64,000 bases of DNA from Octopus vulgaris (Eukaryota): the NCBI GenBank assembly GCA_951406725.2, contig OX597818.1, positions 76,880,001 to 76,944,000 of the forward strand, written 5' to 3'. The notes under the pieces were generated by a model. That model worked only from the letters and a program-made list of their open reading frames with translations, did not search any database and had not been told where the DNA came from. Positions 1 through 13,831 of this stretch are shown in pieces. Position 1 is the first letter of the stretch, and every line of letters begins with the position of its first letter. The position numbers and the translations under genes were made by a program.

Positions 1-551
1 ACAGTCATGATTATTTAGAATACTACAGTTTACAAATATCTATAAATGGGTGCAGGGAAAATTATTTAGCCACTCAATGAATATATGTTTAAAGCTGATG
101 GGACAGGGCATTATTAGTATTCAAAATAACAGGAACCAATCGAATGAAAACACAACTGACCATAATAACAAGTGAGCTGAAACTAAATTAAAAGCTGAAT
201 ATAAATCATCTATATATGTAAAAAGAGGGAAAATACAGTGGTGACACTAAGTTCAACTAACACACAATATCAAGGCAAGAAGACAGTAAAATAGACACAC
301 ACCCATGCACATACATATGTATGATAGGCTTCTTTCAGTTTTCATCTTCCAAATCCACTCATAAGGCTTAGGTCAGCCTGAGGCTATAGAGGAAGACACC
401 TGCCCAAGTTACTACGCAGTGAAACTGAATCCAAAACCTTGTAGTTGAGAAACAAAGTTCTTAACTACACACACATATATTTGTACCTGTAATAAAATCT
501 TTTTGAAGAAAGATTCTTTTATCTAAATTTGGTAATAATGAAGATACTTAC

Positions 552-740
552 CTGTCCTTGAAGGAGATCAAATGACAACAAACGGAACTGAAGATTAGTT
601 AAGCCACTGTAGATTGATGGTGCTTCAATACATAGAGTTTCCTTTCCCTTGGAATCGGTCTTTGGCAACTCTATAGGAACTGGTTCTATTTTAAGAACAG
701 AGTTTACTTGAAGTATGAAGCCTGACAGTAGTGACATCCG
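552..740 (-). CDS. LIPE: Hormone-sensitive lipase, coding exon D (63 codons)
   Basis: RMSLLSGFILQVNSVLKIEPVPIELP...IEAPSIYSGLTNLQFRLLSFDLLQGQ matches HSL ...PP.AH.G..PV..RLISYDLREGQ and is colinear without a gap after exon C. Acceptor tttttcAG, donor GTaagt, 189 nt, phase 0. Confidence 0.9.
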
Positions 741-1111
741 CTGAAAAATTAAAGATGATAAATAATAGAAAACAGTAATATACAGTACAATTCTGAAAAC
801 CAAGTTGAGTTGTTTCAACAAATTACTAATGAAAGGTCTATGACCCTCTGACTTACTGTGTTGTAGCAGAGTTGTAGCAGAGTCAGGGGAGCTACTTCTA
901 TCAATAATGGTTTCAAATTTTAGTACAAGGCCAGCAACTAAAGTAGGTCTTTAGAGTATTTTCATAAAGCATTGGATGAACTTGGTGACTAACACCAGAG
1001 CTAAACTGATGATAGAAGAAGGCCCTAAGTAATCGGGTGTCTTCCCTGCATGCCACATGGCCAACCCACTTCAGATGTGCTTTGATAAGGAAACTCTCTG
1101 TGCCTAGTATC

Positions 1112-1315
1112 TCATTTACTTGTTTCAGTCATTTGACTGCGGCCATGCTGGAGCACTGCCTTTAGTTGAGGAAATCGACCCCAGGACTTATTCTTTGTAA
1201 GCCTAGGACTTATTCTATCGGTCTCTTTTGCCGAACTGCTAAGTTACAGGGACGTAAACACACCAGCATCGGTTGTCAAGCGATGTTGGAGGGGACAAAC
1301 ACAACACACAAACAT

Positions 1316-1354
<39 letters not shown>

Positions 1355-1520
1355 TACGATAGGCTTCTTTCAGTTTCCGTCTACCAAATCCACTCACAAG
1401 GCTTTGGTCGGCCCGAGGCTATAGTAGAAGACACTTGCCCAAGGTGCCATGCAGTGGGACTGAACCCGGAACCATGTGGTTGGTAAGCAAGCTACTTACC
1501 ACACAGCCACTCCTACGCCT
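1112..1520 (-). mobile_element. tRNA-derived SINE, type A (well-preserved full copy)
   Basis: Minus strand starts with the tRNA-like head GGAGTGGCTGTGTGGTAAG...GGTTCAGTCCC, has a central (TA)n/(TG)n and ends ...GACTGAAACAAGTAAA. Near-identical to copies at 32218 and 46350. Confidence 0.85.
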
Positions 1521-3199
1521 ATGTCACAGCTTACAAGAACCTCTGTCAAATAAACCAATACCAGTATATTACTACTACTAATTTTATTGATGTCAGAGAG
1601 CCTGAAGACAAAGACAATGTGTAATGTAGCAGATTTAGAAGTATATGAAAGTATCAGCCATGTAGAGTATAAATGTAGGATGGTGGCAGGAAAAGAATAC
1701 AATGTAAAATACTGTTGGGTTGAAAGAAATGATACACTGAGAGATTAGGACAAAATTTGGACTTAAATGATAAATGACATGAACATCATCATCACCATCA
1801 AAATCATTTGTTGTCAGTTTCCATACTGGTAGAGTTTGACAGAATCCAGCAAGTCACAGGGCAGCATCAAGTTCCAATCAGCTTTGGCATGGTTTCTACA
1901 ACTGGATGCTTTTCCTGACCCTAACCACTTTACAGGATGTACTGGATATGTCTTCACACCAGCAGCACTAGTGAGGACACCAAGTAACTAGCAGGACAGG
2001 AAAAGAACAGGAAAAGGAAAAAGAACCCTTGACTAAGAGGAGAGAACATTTGAGAAGGGAGAACAGTGGCTTTACGCCAGGCGTTCAGGGTTAAAGTATG
2101 AAAGGGGAACAAGCATGGGTGTCTGGCTATAGAAAAGCTACATCACAACTTTGCATTGGCAGTGATAGAGAGCCAGAGCAAAGCTTCAAGGAGCAAGAGA
2201 GAAAACAGACAGTGGATCAGGTAGGGGAAGGAGAGGGTGGAAGTTTATAAGAGTGTGAGGAGAGAGTAACACTTTTCCAGAAACTACTATTGGATATGAT
2301 TGCTGTAAGATGTTATGGTACTTTTGTGTGTTAAACAACCATGTATTTCATGGTTTCATCATCATCATCATCCATTGTCCATGCTGGCATGGGTTGGACA
2401 GTTTGACCACGACTGGTAAGCAGAGGGGCTGCACCAGGCTCCAGTCTGATTTGGCATGGTTTCTACAGCTGGATGCCCTTCCTAAAACCAACCACTTCAA
2501 GAGTGTAATGGGTGCATATATGAGTGCATATGGGTACCAGTTCCATGACACCAGTATCTACCATGATAATGATTTCATTTGGCTTGACATTTCATTTGTC
2601 TTGGTCATTTGTCATTGCCTCTATGAGGCCCAACACTCAAAAGGTGTTTTTTATGTGCCACCAGCACAGATGCCAGTTACATGACATCAGTAAATATCAT
2701 TATTATTGTAGGGTAGTAGGGCAGTGGATTGACAGAATCATTAAAGTACTATATAAAATACTTTGTGGTTTTTGTTCCAGCTCATTACATTCTGAGTTCA
2801 AATCTTTCTGAGATCAGCTGTGCTTTTGATGTTGATGAAATAAGGTGTCAGTCATGTACTGAGATTAACAATATTGACTAAGCCCCACCTTCAAGTTTCA
2901 GATCATGTACCTCTGCTAGAAACAACTATTATTATTGCAGTGTAAAGGCAGCAAACCAGCCAATTCATCAGAGCATCAGACAAAATACTTTGCAGATTTA
3001 GTTCCTCACATTCTGAGTTCAAATCCTGCTGAAGTCAACTTTGACTTTCATCCCTCCAGATTAATACTGGGGTCAATGGTATCAATGAACCCCAGTCCTC
3101 ATAACTGCTACTCTTGTGCCTAAGTCAGAAACCATTATTGTAAGATCCTACATCCTAGATATTACTTCACCATATATGGCAGTAGAGTTTAAAAAAGAA

Positions 3200-3400
3200 C
3201 AAGAATTAAAAACAAGATTTTGGAGAATCTGATCCCAGAGAACAAGGGAAATCGTGGGAGAGACAGGAGTGGAAGTAACCCATAATGTCATAGAATTACT
3301 GGGAACAACACCAAAATATCTGCTCTACACACCAATAAATATTGATATTGAGACCAGAAAAGAAGAGTTAAAGAAAACAGCTGTACTGGGGCACCATCTT
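3200..3400 (+). mobile_element. Short R4/Dong-like non-LTR retrotransposon 3' fragment
   Basis: Degenerate V..LLGTTPK.L...KKTAVLG, resembling the C-terminus of restriction-like-endonuclease LINEs and the remnant at 20830-21610. Confidence 0.45.
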
Positions 3401-3544
3401 GAAGGGTTTAGGTAAACAAATTTTCCCCAGTACTTATTTTTAAGCCTGATACTTACCTATCATTCTCTTTTTGCTGAGCTGGTAAGTTAGGGAGACATAA
3501 AGAAATCAATATCAGTTGGCAAATAGTGGTGGGAACAAAAGTAA

Positions 3545-3584
<40 letters not shown>

Positions 3585-4964
3585 GGGTTAAGTCAATTAC
3601 ATTGACCCCTGTGCTCAACTAATACTTATTTTATTGACCCCAGAAGGATGAAGGAAAAAGCCAACCTCAGCAGAATTTGAACTCAGAATGTAAAGATTGA
3701 CAAAATACTACTAAGCATTTCACCCAGCATGCTTACAGTTCTACCAGCTTGCCACCTTCATCATATAAAACAAGTATTGGTGCTATAAGCAGGTGAAAGA
3801 CTAAATTAATGAGGACAGAAATTAAAAGTCAGGAACCCACAATGAAGCACTCTTGTAATCGTTTAGCCCCAGGTCATTCCCAATCAAGAAGCCTATGATC
3901 AAAGATGTTCCAGCTCTGACCAACTTGTTCTTCATTCCACAGTACATACCAAAACAGTACATCATCTAATATATCCTTCCCCTTTTTAAAGATAGTAAGG
4001 TGTGATGTGAGTGAATTTTGGCTGCCATATCTAGCATGTTGAGAAACTGTATACAGACTCTCGCATCTTGCATGAATTCTAGTTTCATGTTTGGTATAAA
4101 ACCACTGTCTTAGTTTCAGTCATTTGTGAAGCACTTATGTATTAACAGTTTCAAATGATGATATGAGAAATTTAATTAAAGACAGAGTGAACATACAATA
4201 GGGGTTTGCTGAAAAAGAATCTTAAAAAGAGGCAAAAGGTAGATAATACAAAACATATCTAAGTCTGTTGTATAGCCATGAAATATGGGCAATTCATGTA
4301 GATATACAATTGAATAAAAATAAAGGATCCTGGTCAGCTGGAAGGTAATAATACTTTACGGAAAGTTTTGAGAAAAAATCAGATGAGGACACAAATCTGG
4401 ACCTCACCTGTACTGACTAATGTATATGTGTGTGTGTGTATGGGGGGTGTACACATTAATTTATTATGCATTCTTAATCTTTCTTTCATATTTTGTTTTG
4501 ATCATTATTATCATTAGTCCATTCTATTTTCTTTGTTCATTTTACTTCAACAGTATGATTGGTGTTCAGTGTTCTTGTAATAACAAGCACAATGTTTTTC
4601 TTCATCTTACACATTTATTCAGATTTCAAATGCCAAGGAAATGATACTTATTTTCAAATATTTATTTCTTAAATATTTAGCTGGGTTAATATGCCTACAT
4701 TTAGGATTAGATAGGAAGTTCTTTTTATGATCCTTGCGAGTGTGAGTGAGCATATGCATATAGGCACATGTGCAAGTGTATGTATGTACATGTGCACATA
4801 CACGATTGCTATGAACTTTTTTATTTCTTTACTTTTTACTTTCTCCTCTTCAGCTTTTTCCCCTTATTTAATGGTCATTCTAATAGCTCTTTAGTCTCAA
4901 TAACAGTCAATTACATAGTTATTGCCCTTTGTTTAACAGTCATTTTCATAGCATTTTTTTTTTA

Positions 4965-5039
4965 TTGCCTCGATAACTGACGAGATGCTGGAGCAGATTT
5001 CCGCCCTGACATCCGAAACTCGGAGTCTTATTATGGCAA
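4965..5039 (+). ncRNA. Type I hammerhead ribozyme motif (Penelope-associated)
   Basis: Stem I TTGCC..ATAA/TTAT..GGCAA, core CTGACGA (4977-4983), stem II GATG...CATC, GAAA (5015-5018), near-palindromic stem III ACTC-G-GAGT, cleavage triplet GTC (5025-5027). Confidence 0.75.
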
Positions 5040-5163
5040 CCAAATAATTGTCACATATTATATTACAGATATATATATACGTACATACATACATACATAC
5101 CTACATACATATATATGTACATACATACATACATATATATATAAATTATCATCCTCATCATCG

Positions 5164-5240
5164 TTTAGTTAAATATATTCAATGAGAATATTATATAATA
5201 ATTCAGTATATAATATTCTCATTGAATATATTTAACTAAA
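5164..5240. repeat. Perfect 34-bp inverted repeat with 9-nt spacer
   Basis: TTTAGTTAAATATATTCAATGAGAATATTATATA (5164-5197) and its exact reverse complement (5207-5240). Confidence 0.95.
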
Positions 5241-5294
5241 GATTTATGCACTTTGCTCTATATATTATAAAGAGCACTCAATACTGAATTTGTG

Positions 5295-5460
5295 AAGCAT
5301 GGAAAAACAATATCTAAGAATTTCACTTAGATATACCAATTCCTTCCAAAGACACATATTTATTAGCATTACTCCAGAAAACTAATGGCTTACTTAAAAG
5401 AATGAGATGGAAAGAATTCTTTTATGACAACAAAGGAATGATAAATGACCAAAAGAATAT
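5295..5460 (+). mobile_element. Penelope-like element ORF 5' remnant
   Basis: IPIPSKDTYLLALLQKTNGLLKRMRWKEFFYDNK matches the NIPIP..Y...L......KRMRWKAFF motif at the N-terminus of invertebrate Penelope RT ORFs. It lies just downstream of a hammerhead motif. Confidence 0.65.
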
Positions 5461-5467
5461 ATCTATA

Positions 5468-6484
5468 TCTATATATATAAAACTCTAGTTGTGTGAGTGT
5501 CTGTCCCCTTCGATTTAGATTCCTAACTCCTCCCACATTTTGCGGTGCAGTTTAACCAAATTCGGGTATCTTATAGTCGTGATTCATATCGAGCCCGTCT
5601 GACTATTAGCGCGCGTCAACGATGAGTCTACGATTTTAAAAATAATTTAACATCATTTTTTATTCCATTTTAATGCATAAAATGCATCGTGTGTCGATGG
5701 CGGCGGAGTTGGCGTCCACACTCACAGCTGCATCTGTTTGCTTCTCCCCCTTCCCTCCCTCGTGAAGCTGTGGGGAAGGGAGTGTAAAGAAATCAACGTC
5801 GTAATGCGTTGTGAAGGAAACCAGCGTTCTTTTAGAACAACGACTTCATGGCTTGAAGACACCAAAACAAAAATGGCTAAGAAAGCCCGAATTTATAAGG
5901 GAAGTAACTCTCTAAAAATGCTTATATAGTTATTTCCCTTACAAACCCGAGCAACGCCGGGCGATACTGCTAGTATATATATAAAACTGTAGTTGTGTGA
6001 GTGTCTGTCCCCTTCGATTTAGATTCCTAACTACTCCCACATTTTGCGGTGCAGTTTAACCAAATTCGGGTATCTTATAGTCGTGATTCATATCGAGCCC
6101 GTCTGAGTATTAGCGCGCATCTACGATGAGTCTACGATTTTAAAAATAATTTAACATCATTTTTTATTCCATTTTAATGCAGAATTTTTCGTGTGTCGAT
6201 GGCGGCGGAGTTGGCATCCATGGTCACACCTGCACCTGTTTGCTTCTCCCCCTTCTTCCCTCCCTCGTGAAGCTGTGGGGAAGGGAGTGTAAGGAAATCA
6301 ACATCGTAAAGCGTTGTCAAGGAGACCAGCGTTCTTTTAGAACAACGACTTCATGGCTTGAATACACCAAAACAGAAATGGCTAACAAAGCCCAAATTGG
6401 CATCTATAAGGGAAGTAACTCTCTAAAAATGCTTATATAGTTATTTCCCTTACAAACCCGAGCAACGCCGGGCAATACTGCTAG
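5468..6484 (+). mobile_element. Non-autonomous Helitron, head-to-tail tandem dimer (5468-5973 and 5974-6484)
   Basis: Two ~510-bp highly similar units. 5' TCTATATATATAAAA, 3' hairpin CCCGAGCAACGCCGGG followed by CTAG|T in each unit. Confidence 0.85.
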
Positions 6485-6705
6485 TATTGTTATATTTGAA
6501 TGGCCATTTTGCCAGTTTAGCCAATAAAGGAATATACATATTTACATATATTTTTATACATATTTATATTTATTTATTTATATGTTTTTAATACAAGAAT
6601 TATTTTTCACACATGTATATCTTTCTGAGGAGTTTTGATATTGATTTCCTAATATTAATAATAATATATTATTAATATATATATAAATATATATATATAC
6701 ACACG

Positions 6706-6750
<45 letters not shown>

Positions 6751-7184
6751 GCACACACATATATACACACGCACGCACATATATACACACACACACATAT
6801 ACACATACACACACGCATGCACACACACACATATATACATACATACACGCACGCACACACATATATGCACAGTGGTGCACAGAATGTTAAGAGACCACTC
6901 TTAAGATACAAAGATGATCAAAGGATCAAATTTATAGACTGGAAGGTGCACTGCATGCAGTGATTAAATTTATATAGATTGGAAAATGTGTTGCATGCAG
7001 AGAGTAAAGTGATGTGTATCAGTGTTGGAAAGTTCAGAAAAGAGAGGTAGGTGAAGGAGTGATGGGTGTGTATTTCATAGAGATTGGAGGTTAGTAAAAA
7101 AAAATGTTGGTGATAAACAGATGAAATGACATCAGACTACGATAATTATAAAGATGATGTATCACAGATCATCTCAACTATTGT

Positions 7185-7227
<43 letters not shown>

Positions 7228-7599
7228 CATACATTATCATCATTATTTAACATCTCCCTATTACCATACTAGCATAAAATAAGTACCAGTTGAGAGCTGG
7301 GATCAATGTAACAGGCTATCCCCAGTGCTCAACTAGTACTTGAGATGAACAGCTGAACCAGAGGGCTCTCTCTGCCAGGTTGTGTGTCTGATCTGGTATG
7401 GTTTCTACAATTGGATGCCCTTCCTAATGCCAACCACTTGACAGAGTATAGTGGATGCTTTTTTATGTGGCACTAGCACCAGTGAGGTTGGCTAGGTACC
7501 TGCAAGATAAAACCCCTCCACTGAGCGAGGTATAAACAGGAGGAATAAGAAACTATGATAGAAAGAGGGAAGCAGGTGTCTTGCTGAAGAGGTGAATAC

Positions 7600-7613
<14 letters not shown>

Positions 7614-7647
<34 letters not shown>

Positions 7648-7714
7648 AAAGAGAAAGAAAAGAGAAAGAGAGAAAGAAGAGAAAGAGAAGAGAGAGAAGA
7701 GCGAGTGAGTGAGT

Positions 7715-7774
<60 letters not shown>

Positions 7775-7800
7775 GAGAGAGAGAATATGAGATAGAATAG
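7614..7800. repeat. (AG)n microsatellite / purine tract
   Basis: Long GA dinucleotide runs. Confidence 0.95.
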
Positions 7801-8847
7801 GAAATGCAGAGAGTGAAAATAGTGTACCTGATGATTAGATATAGGGAATGAGTTGGACACAAAGGATATCATTTCAGTGTAGTTTATATATGTATATAAT
7901 TACTATTACTGGTATTAAACAGACAGACAGATGGATAGATGTTGAAGTGATATGATGATAATGATGAGTACAATGATGATGATGACAAATGAGCACCAAA
8001 GGTGGCATCAGATTAGCTGACACAACTGGATGTGATCAAAGTGACCAACTACAAATTATACTGATTTGGGAATAACAAGAAAATAGTAAGAAAATAAAGA
8101 CCATGCAGAAAGGACAAGATTCTGAGAAAATGAAGACTTTGAAAAACAGAGGTTAATAAAAAAAAAAAAAAAAAAAAAAAAAACAATTACTTGATAGCAT
8201 AACAACAAAGTAATTAAAATAATAAACAGACCAACAACAACCATACAATACTGATGAAAACTTTGTTTCATTAACTATTATTTATACCACACACACACAG
8301 ACATTTTTGGCAATGAGAGAGTATAGATGATTACATTTACCCCAGTATATGATGAGGTTTAAATGCAAAAGGCTGATATTTACATCCCTTTTTACCACAG
8401 TTGTTTGTCCCATAAATTATCAAATTTATCATCTACCATCCTAATAATAACAACAACAATAATAATCCTTTCTACTATAGGCACAAGGCCTGAGATTTGA
8501 GGGGAAGGGGATAATCTATTATATCAACCCCAGCACTCAACTAGTCTTATTTTATTGACCCTGAAAGGATAAGAGGCAAAGTCAACCCAGACCACATTTG
8601 AACTCAGAATGTATAAACTGAAGAAATACTGCTAAGCATTTTTTCCAGTGCAGTAATGATTCAGCCAGCTTGCCACTTTCTCCTCTTCTGCCGCCACTGA
8701 CAATGACAGAGACTTTAGAATTACCCTACAATCTTGGTAAATTGCAAAAAATCAGCTTTACTCGGAACTGCACATATACTATCTATCTTGTTGTGACTTG
8801 ACAGACAGTACAAATCCACAGTATACACATCTTCAATTTACAATAAC

Positions 8848-9410
8848 AAATACCCTGATGCAGTACCAGGCAGTTGTTCTCACAGCTTCTGATCTTAATT
8901 GATTGGAAGTGTTATCATGTACATGTTTTGTCTTGGTGTGAAAGATGGACTACAGCAGATATTCTGCTCAATACTGCAGATCTACTTATCAGTTGCTTGA
9001 CCGTAACCTGTTGGGCATGATTAAGGCTGATGGTATGTGCATCTTTGATCAATAGCAAGAGTAATGAGGGAGCATCATAGTCATGTGTTGAGAGGAATTC
9101 TTCGGGGTTTGAATAATTCACATCTGGAAACATGGGTGTTTCATTCATCATCCTTAAACAACCCTTATTCAGTTACCTTTTGAGCAGGATAGGCTATTCA
9201 ACCTGTAAAAAGTTTGAACTGAAACCCCTCCCACCTGCTTTGCAAGGTCATGCATTGCTTATCTTGACAGGAGATCAACATGTCATGCACATATGGTTGT
9301 GATGCATGTGCCTGGTACCCTTATCAGACAGGTGGTCCTGATGGGTATATTAAGCGTCATATATTTGTACCCCAGCATCACTTTGATGCCATGCGCTGCT
9401 CTCTCACTCA
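8848..9410. mobile_element. Unclassified interspersed repeat bounded by (AAT)n
   Basis: 8950-9118 is the reverse complement of a diverged copy at ~44218-44392. Confidence 0.5.
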
Positions 9411-9429
9411 ATAATAATAATAATAATTG

Positions 9430-10250
9430 CTCCAAATTACTCCAGTAATTTCAGGTAAGGGGAGTAAGTCGATTACATTGACCTCAGTATTCAACTGGTA
9501 CTTAGTTTATCAACACCGAAAAGATGAAAGGTAAAGTTGACCTCAGCGGAATTTGAATTCATAACATAAAGATGGATGAAATGCCACAAAGCATTTTACC
9601 TGGTGCACTAACAATTCAGCCAGCTGACTGCCTTTAATGATAATAATAATCCTTTCTACTAAAAGCACAAGGCCTGAAATTTGGGGGAGGGGACTAGTCA
9701 ACCCCAGTGTTTCACTGGTACTTAATTTATCCAACCCAAAAGGATGAAAGGCAAGAGTCGACCTCAGCAGAATTTGAACTCAGAACATAAAGACAGATGA
9801 AATGCAACTAAATATTTTGCCTTGTGTGCTAATGATTCTTCCAACTCGATGCCTTTAATAATGATTATAATAATAATAATAATAACATTAATAATAATGG
9901 TTTCAAATTTTGGTACAATGCCAGCAAATTTAGGGGGAGGGATAAGTTGAATACATTGACTCCAGTACTTTACTGTTACTTTATTTTATTGAACCTGAAA
10001 GGATTACTTAACTGTAGCTGGATTTGAACGCAAAACAAAAGAACCAGAGCAAAAGCTATAAGACATTTTTCTCAGCCAACTTGGTTTCTAACATTGGCAC
10101 AAGGCCTGGAATTTGGAAGAGAGGAAAAGTCAATTTTATCAGTCCCAGTACCTGTTAGTATTGGGATGAGATTTAAACTCAGAATGTAAAACGTTGAAAC
10201 AAATCCTGCAAGATATTTTGTCTGGTGCTCTAATGATTCTGCCAATTCAC
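9430..10250 (-). mobile_element. Head-to-tail array of four tRNA-derived SINEs, type B
   Basis: Repeated units read on + as ...AAAGGATGAAAGGCAAAGTCGACC...GAATTTGAACTCAGAA...TTCTGCCAGCT, several separated by (AAT)n. Confidence 0.8.
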
Positions 10251-11487
10251 CAGATACTGAAAGTTCTGAGATATAAACATGTGTAATACATAAGTGGAAG
10301 GAAGGTCAGTAAGAACTAGGAAATGTCAACAGAGCTTAAGGTCAATAGAACACACAGAGGCACGAATATCACACCACACACACACATCACACACGCATGT
10401 CTGAATACAATAGAGATATGAATATACGCAGACACTAAGGATACAAACACAGGCAAACACATCCATGTGTTTGTAAGACTGCACCTGACCACAGGCAGTG
10501 AAAGCTGTTCATCCAACCGATGGGATGATAATGGCTGTTGTCAACATGCCAAGGAAACAATAAGAGGCATGTAAGAATTGCACATACAAAACAATAACAA
10601 GTGGTGTGGTGTGGGTGTGGGATGGGATTAAGAGAAGGAAACAGAGAAGGAAATTGCCCAACCAAACTCTCTCCACCTACCATTGTCTTCTTTCGACCAT
10701 CCATCGTGTTTTACCTACCCCTCCCTGCCTACCACTATATTTTTTTTCCTCTTTCCCTATTTTACCCAAACTCCTCTCTCCCTATTTTACCCAAACAAAT
10801 TCACTTCTCTCTGATCCATCAATTCTCTACTTTCCTCTTAAGCTGTAACCTGTAAGGTATAAGCTTTAGATACTGTCAACCATATTGTTCAGCATCCAGA
10901 TGTCCTAGGCACCCTCACTACATTAGATCTATTTACATTCCTGTTGCAAAGTTTTAATATTCTTATTGTATTATTTTGAACTGAACACAAATGTGATTTG
11001 TAAATTTGTTTGTAAATGTGAAAATAGTGAACTTGAAGACTCCAACAGTTATATTGGTCATACATGTACAACAATCTCCCGCCAGTTTACCATGCACTTA
11101 CAACAAATAGTAATTGCAATGCACTACATCATTACAACACAAAAACAAAGATAGAAAAATAGTTGACAACACATAATTATATTATAGAAAGACATGCAAA
11201 TGTTTTGTAGCCCTAACAGACAAAACAATGATTGCATTATCCTGAAACCACATCAGGAATTATAAAAGAATGTTCCAAGTTCAATTCTAGCCCAAAGATA
11301 TATACATATATATAAATATATAAGAGGTTAGCTGAGTTAGAGGTTAAAATAAGGGATAGAAGTATCCATTATACTACCAGTGTATTACCTATGTTTAACC
11401 AAAGAGATACACAAACAAAATGATATGATTACAACCATATTTGACTTTTCCTTTTTCTTCTCTAGGCTCTTCTGTTTTTTTATCTAT

Positions 11488-11610
11488 TCTTCACTCTGAT
11501 GAAGCTCCATGTTCCAGATCGGTTTTATTACCAAATATGATAAATACTTTTAGCATATCAATGGTAACACCAATTCAAAATTAGAAGCAGCAACAGCTGT
11601 TAGATGGGAT
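11488..11610 (+). ncRNA. Degenerate hammerhead-like motif with long stem II
   Basis: CTGATGA (11496-11502), A-GCTCC...GAAGC-A, GCAAC in place of GAAAC, palindromic ACAGCTGT, GTT triplet, weak stem I. Confidence 0.45.
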
Positions 11611-11695
11611 GCAGTCTATTTGTATTGAATTAATAAATAATAATTGATGTAAGTCAATTGTTGTTCATCAATATTTCTCCATTTTGTTTTCTTTT

Positions 11696-11741
<46 letters not shown>

Positions 11742-12384
11742 TAAGAAACATCTAATTTATGGCTAATTTGAGAATACACCAAAATATGAAGTAGTTGAAA
11801 AGACAAAATTAAGAAACTATGTAAGAAAATATAGACATGATAGAACTGTATAGCAATTGGATGCTTTTACATGGATATCTGACCATTCTTCTCCTGAAAT
11901 AGAAACACCATAGTCATAGGAGGAATTGCCCCATTTAACACTGCAAGACAAACAAAACTTTAACTGATTGTATATGCTGCAAGACAAAGGTACTTTAGTT
12001 ACTCATGGCTTATGGTTAGCCTTTTTCCATTGTGGTCTAAATGTAATATGCAATTGCATTCACAGTCAAAGTCATTTGATTCTGCCTGGGTCCTCACTTC
12101 ACCAAATTGAAACCACTCCAGTGTATACTTCCCGAAGAAATGACATATATATATAAGTAACAAAGTGCTAGACATCAAAAACAAGTGAGAGGAGAAACCA
12201 TGCACTAAACTAAGTTTTACTGACAACAGCCATGTACAAAATGAGACAACATATGGACTATACATCACACATGTACATGTGCATATATATGTATGTATAT
12301 GAGCATATATATATATATATATACACACACACATACACCCACACATATACATATGCACACACACACACATATATACATATATGC

Positions 12385-12422
<38 letters not shown>

Positions 12423-13831
12423 TCACTCATTTACATACAAAGACATCTAAACATAGAGTGATGGAGAAAAATGTGGTACAGACACCAGCTAAAAACAATG
12501 ACTAACTTACCGACATACAGGCACTCATCACTTTGGAACCAATGTCCACAACTTTAGTACCCGCTGAAGCAACCACATTTATAACAGATTTGTTACAAGA
12601 ACTAACAAAATCAGTTACACCCTGAAATTGTTGAAAATTCAGTTTATAATTCACGTATATTTGGCTTGTCTTTATAATAATAGTGAGAGCAAAAGTTCTG
12701 GGAGAAGATATGGCTTAGCATTAAGCCATGAAGTTTGTCTGAAGAGAAAAAAAACTTTCTTTTCTTTTGTTTGTGTCTTTTAATAATAGAACATTTTTCT
12801 TTTTTTTTTTTGTTGAAAAATTACGATAAAAATTTAGCAAAATGTAATATTTCCAACACGAATGTTCACAGGTATCTGAAAACAATCAAACTGACCAATT
12901 GATAGATTCATTGGTGAAGTTCAGGTATCATCATCATCAATCCTCATGATTATTATCATCATCACTACCATTGTTTTAACATCTATTGTTCCTTGTTAGC
13001 ATAAGTCACAGAAAATTTGTTGAGGCAGATTCCCAACAGCTGGATGCCCTTCCTGTTGCTAACCCTCACCAGTTTCCAAGCAAAGTAATATTTCCCCCAT
13101 GGCCAGATATGTTTCCACGGAAGATTGGAAATGAACAACACAGCTTGTATCATGGTGATCATCAGTTAACAAGTCAAGTAATGGCAAGACAAGGACGCAT
13201 AGACACACAGTCATATACATATACAAGCACTCATAAACATACACACATACACAATATGATCGGCTACTTTCAATCTTCATCTACCAAACCCACCCAAAAG
13301 CTGTGGTTGGCTCAAGGCTATAGTAGAAGACACTTGCCCAATGTGCCAGACAGAGGGATTGAACCCCCAAAACCATGTGGTTAGGAAGTGAACTTCTAAA
13401 CCCCACAGCCATGCCAGCACCTTCAACTTAACAGGTGTATATCCCTGTGTGTGTGTGTGCACAAGTTTGTATGTGTGAGTGTATATTTCACGTAACTTTC
13501 ATCTGGGTGTTCTCAACATTACACAGTCAACAAAGACAATAAACGCATCATTAACTTTCTGCTAACTCAATAATACATTCATGGATCATAACATGAAACT
13601 AATTTTACTGTCCCCTCTTATGAAATATCACCATGGTAATTGTTCTGAGAAAGCCCTGCACCCACTACCATCACCCACATTTAGTTGCATCATGACACAC
13701 CACCAGGCAGATGATAGGACAATGAGAGGAAGATTAAAATAAAAACCAAATGATGAGTGACATTTCACTATCACATATCCTAGGTTTGTTTTTACTGTGA
13801 CATCTTCCAATTCTTCAGAGTATGATGGTTG

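Noticed and set aside
1166-1486. Recurring ORF ...VYQIHSQGFGRPEAIVEDTCPRCHAVGLNPEPCGW
   Set aside because: Antisense translation of the type-A SINE, repeated at each copy.
6578-6911. ORFs rich in CV/YI/HT dipeptides here and throughout the window
   Set aside because: Translations of (TG)n, (TA)n and (CA)n microsatellites.
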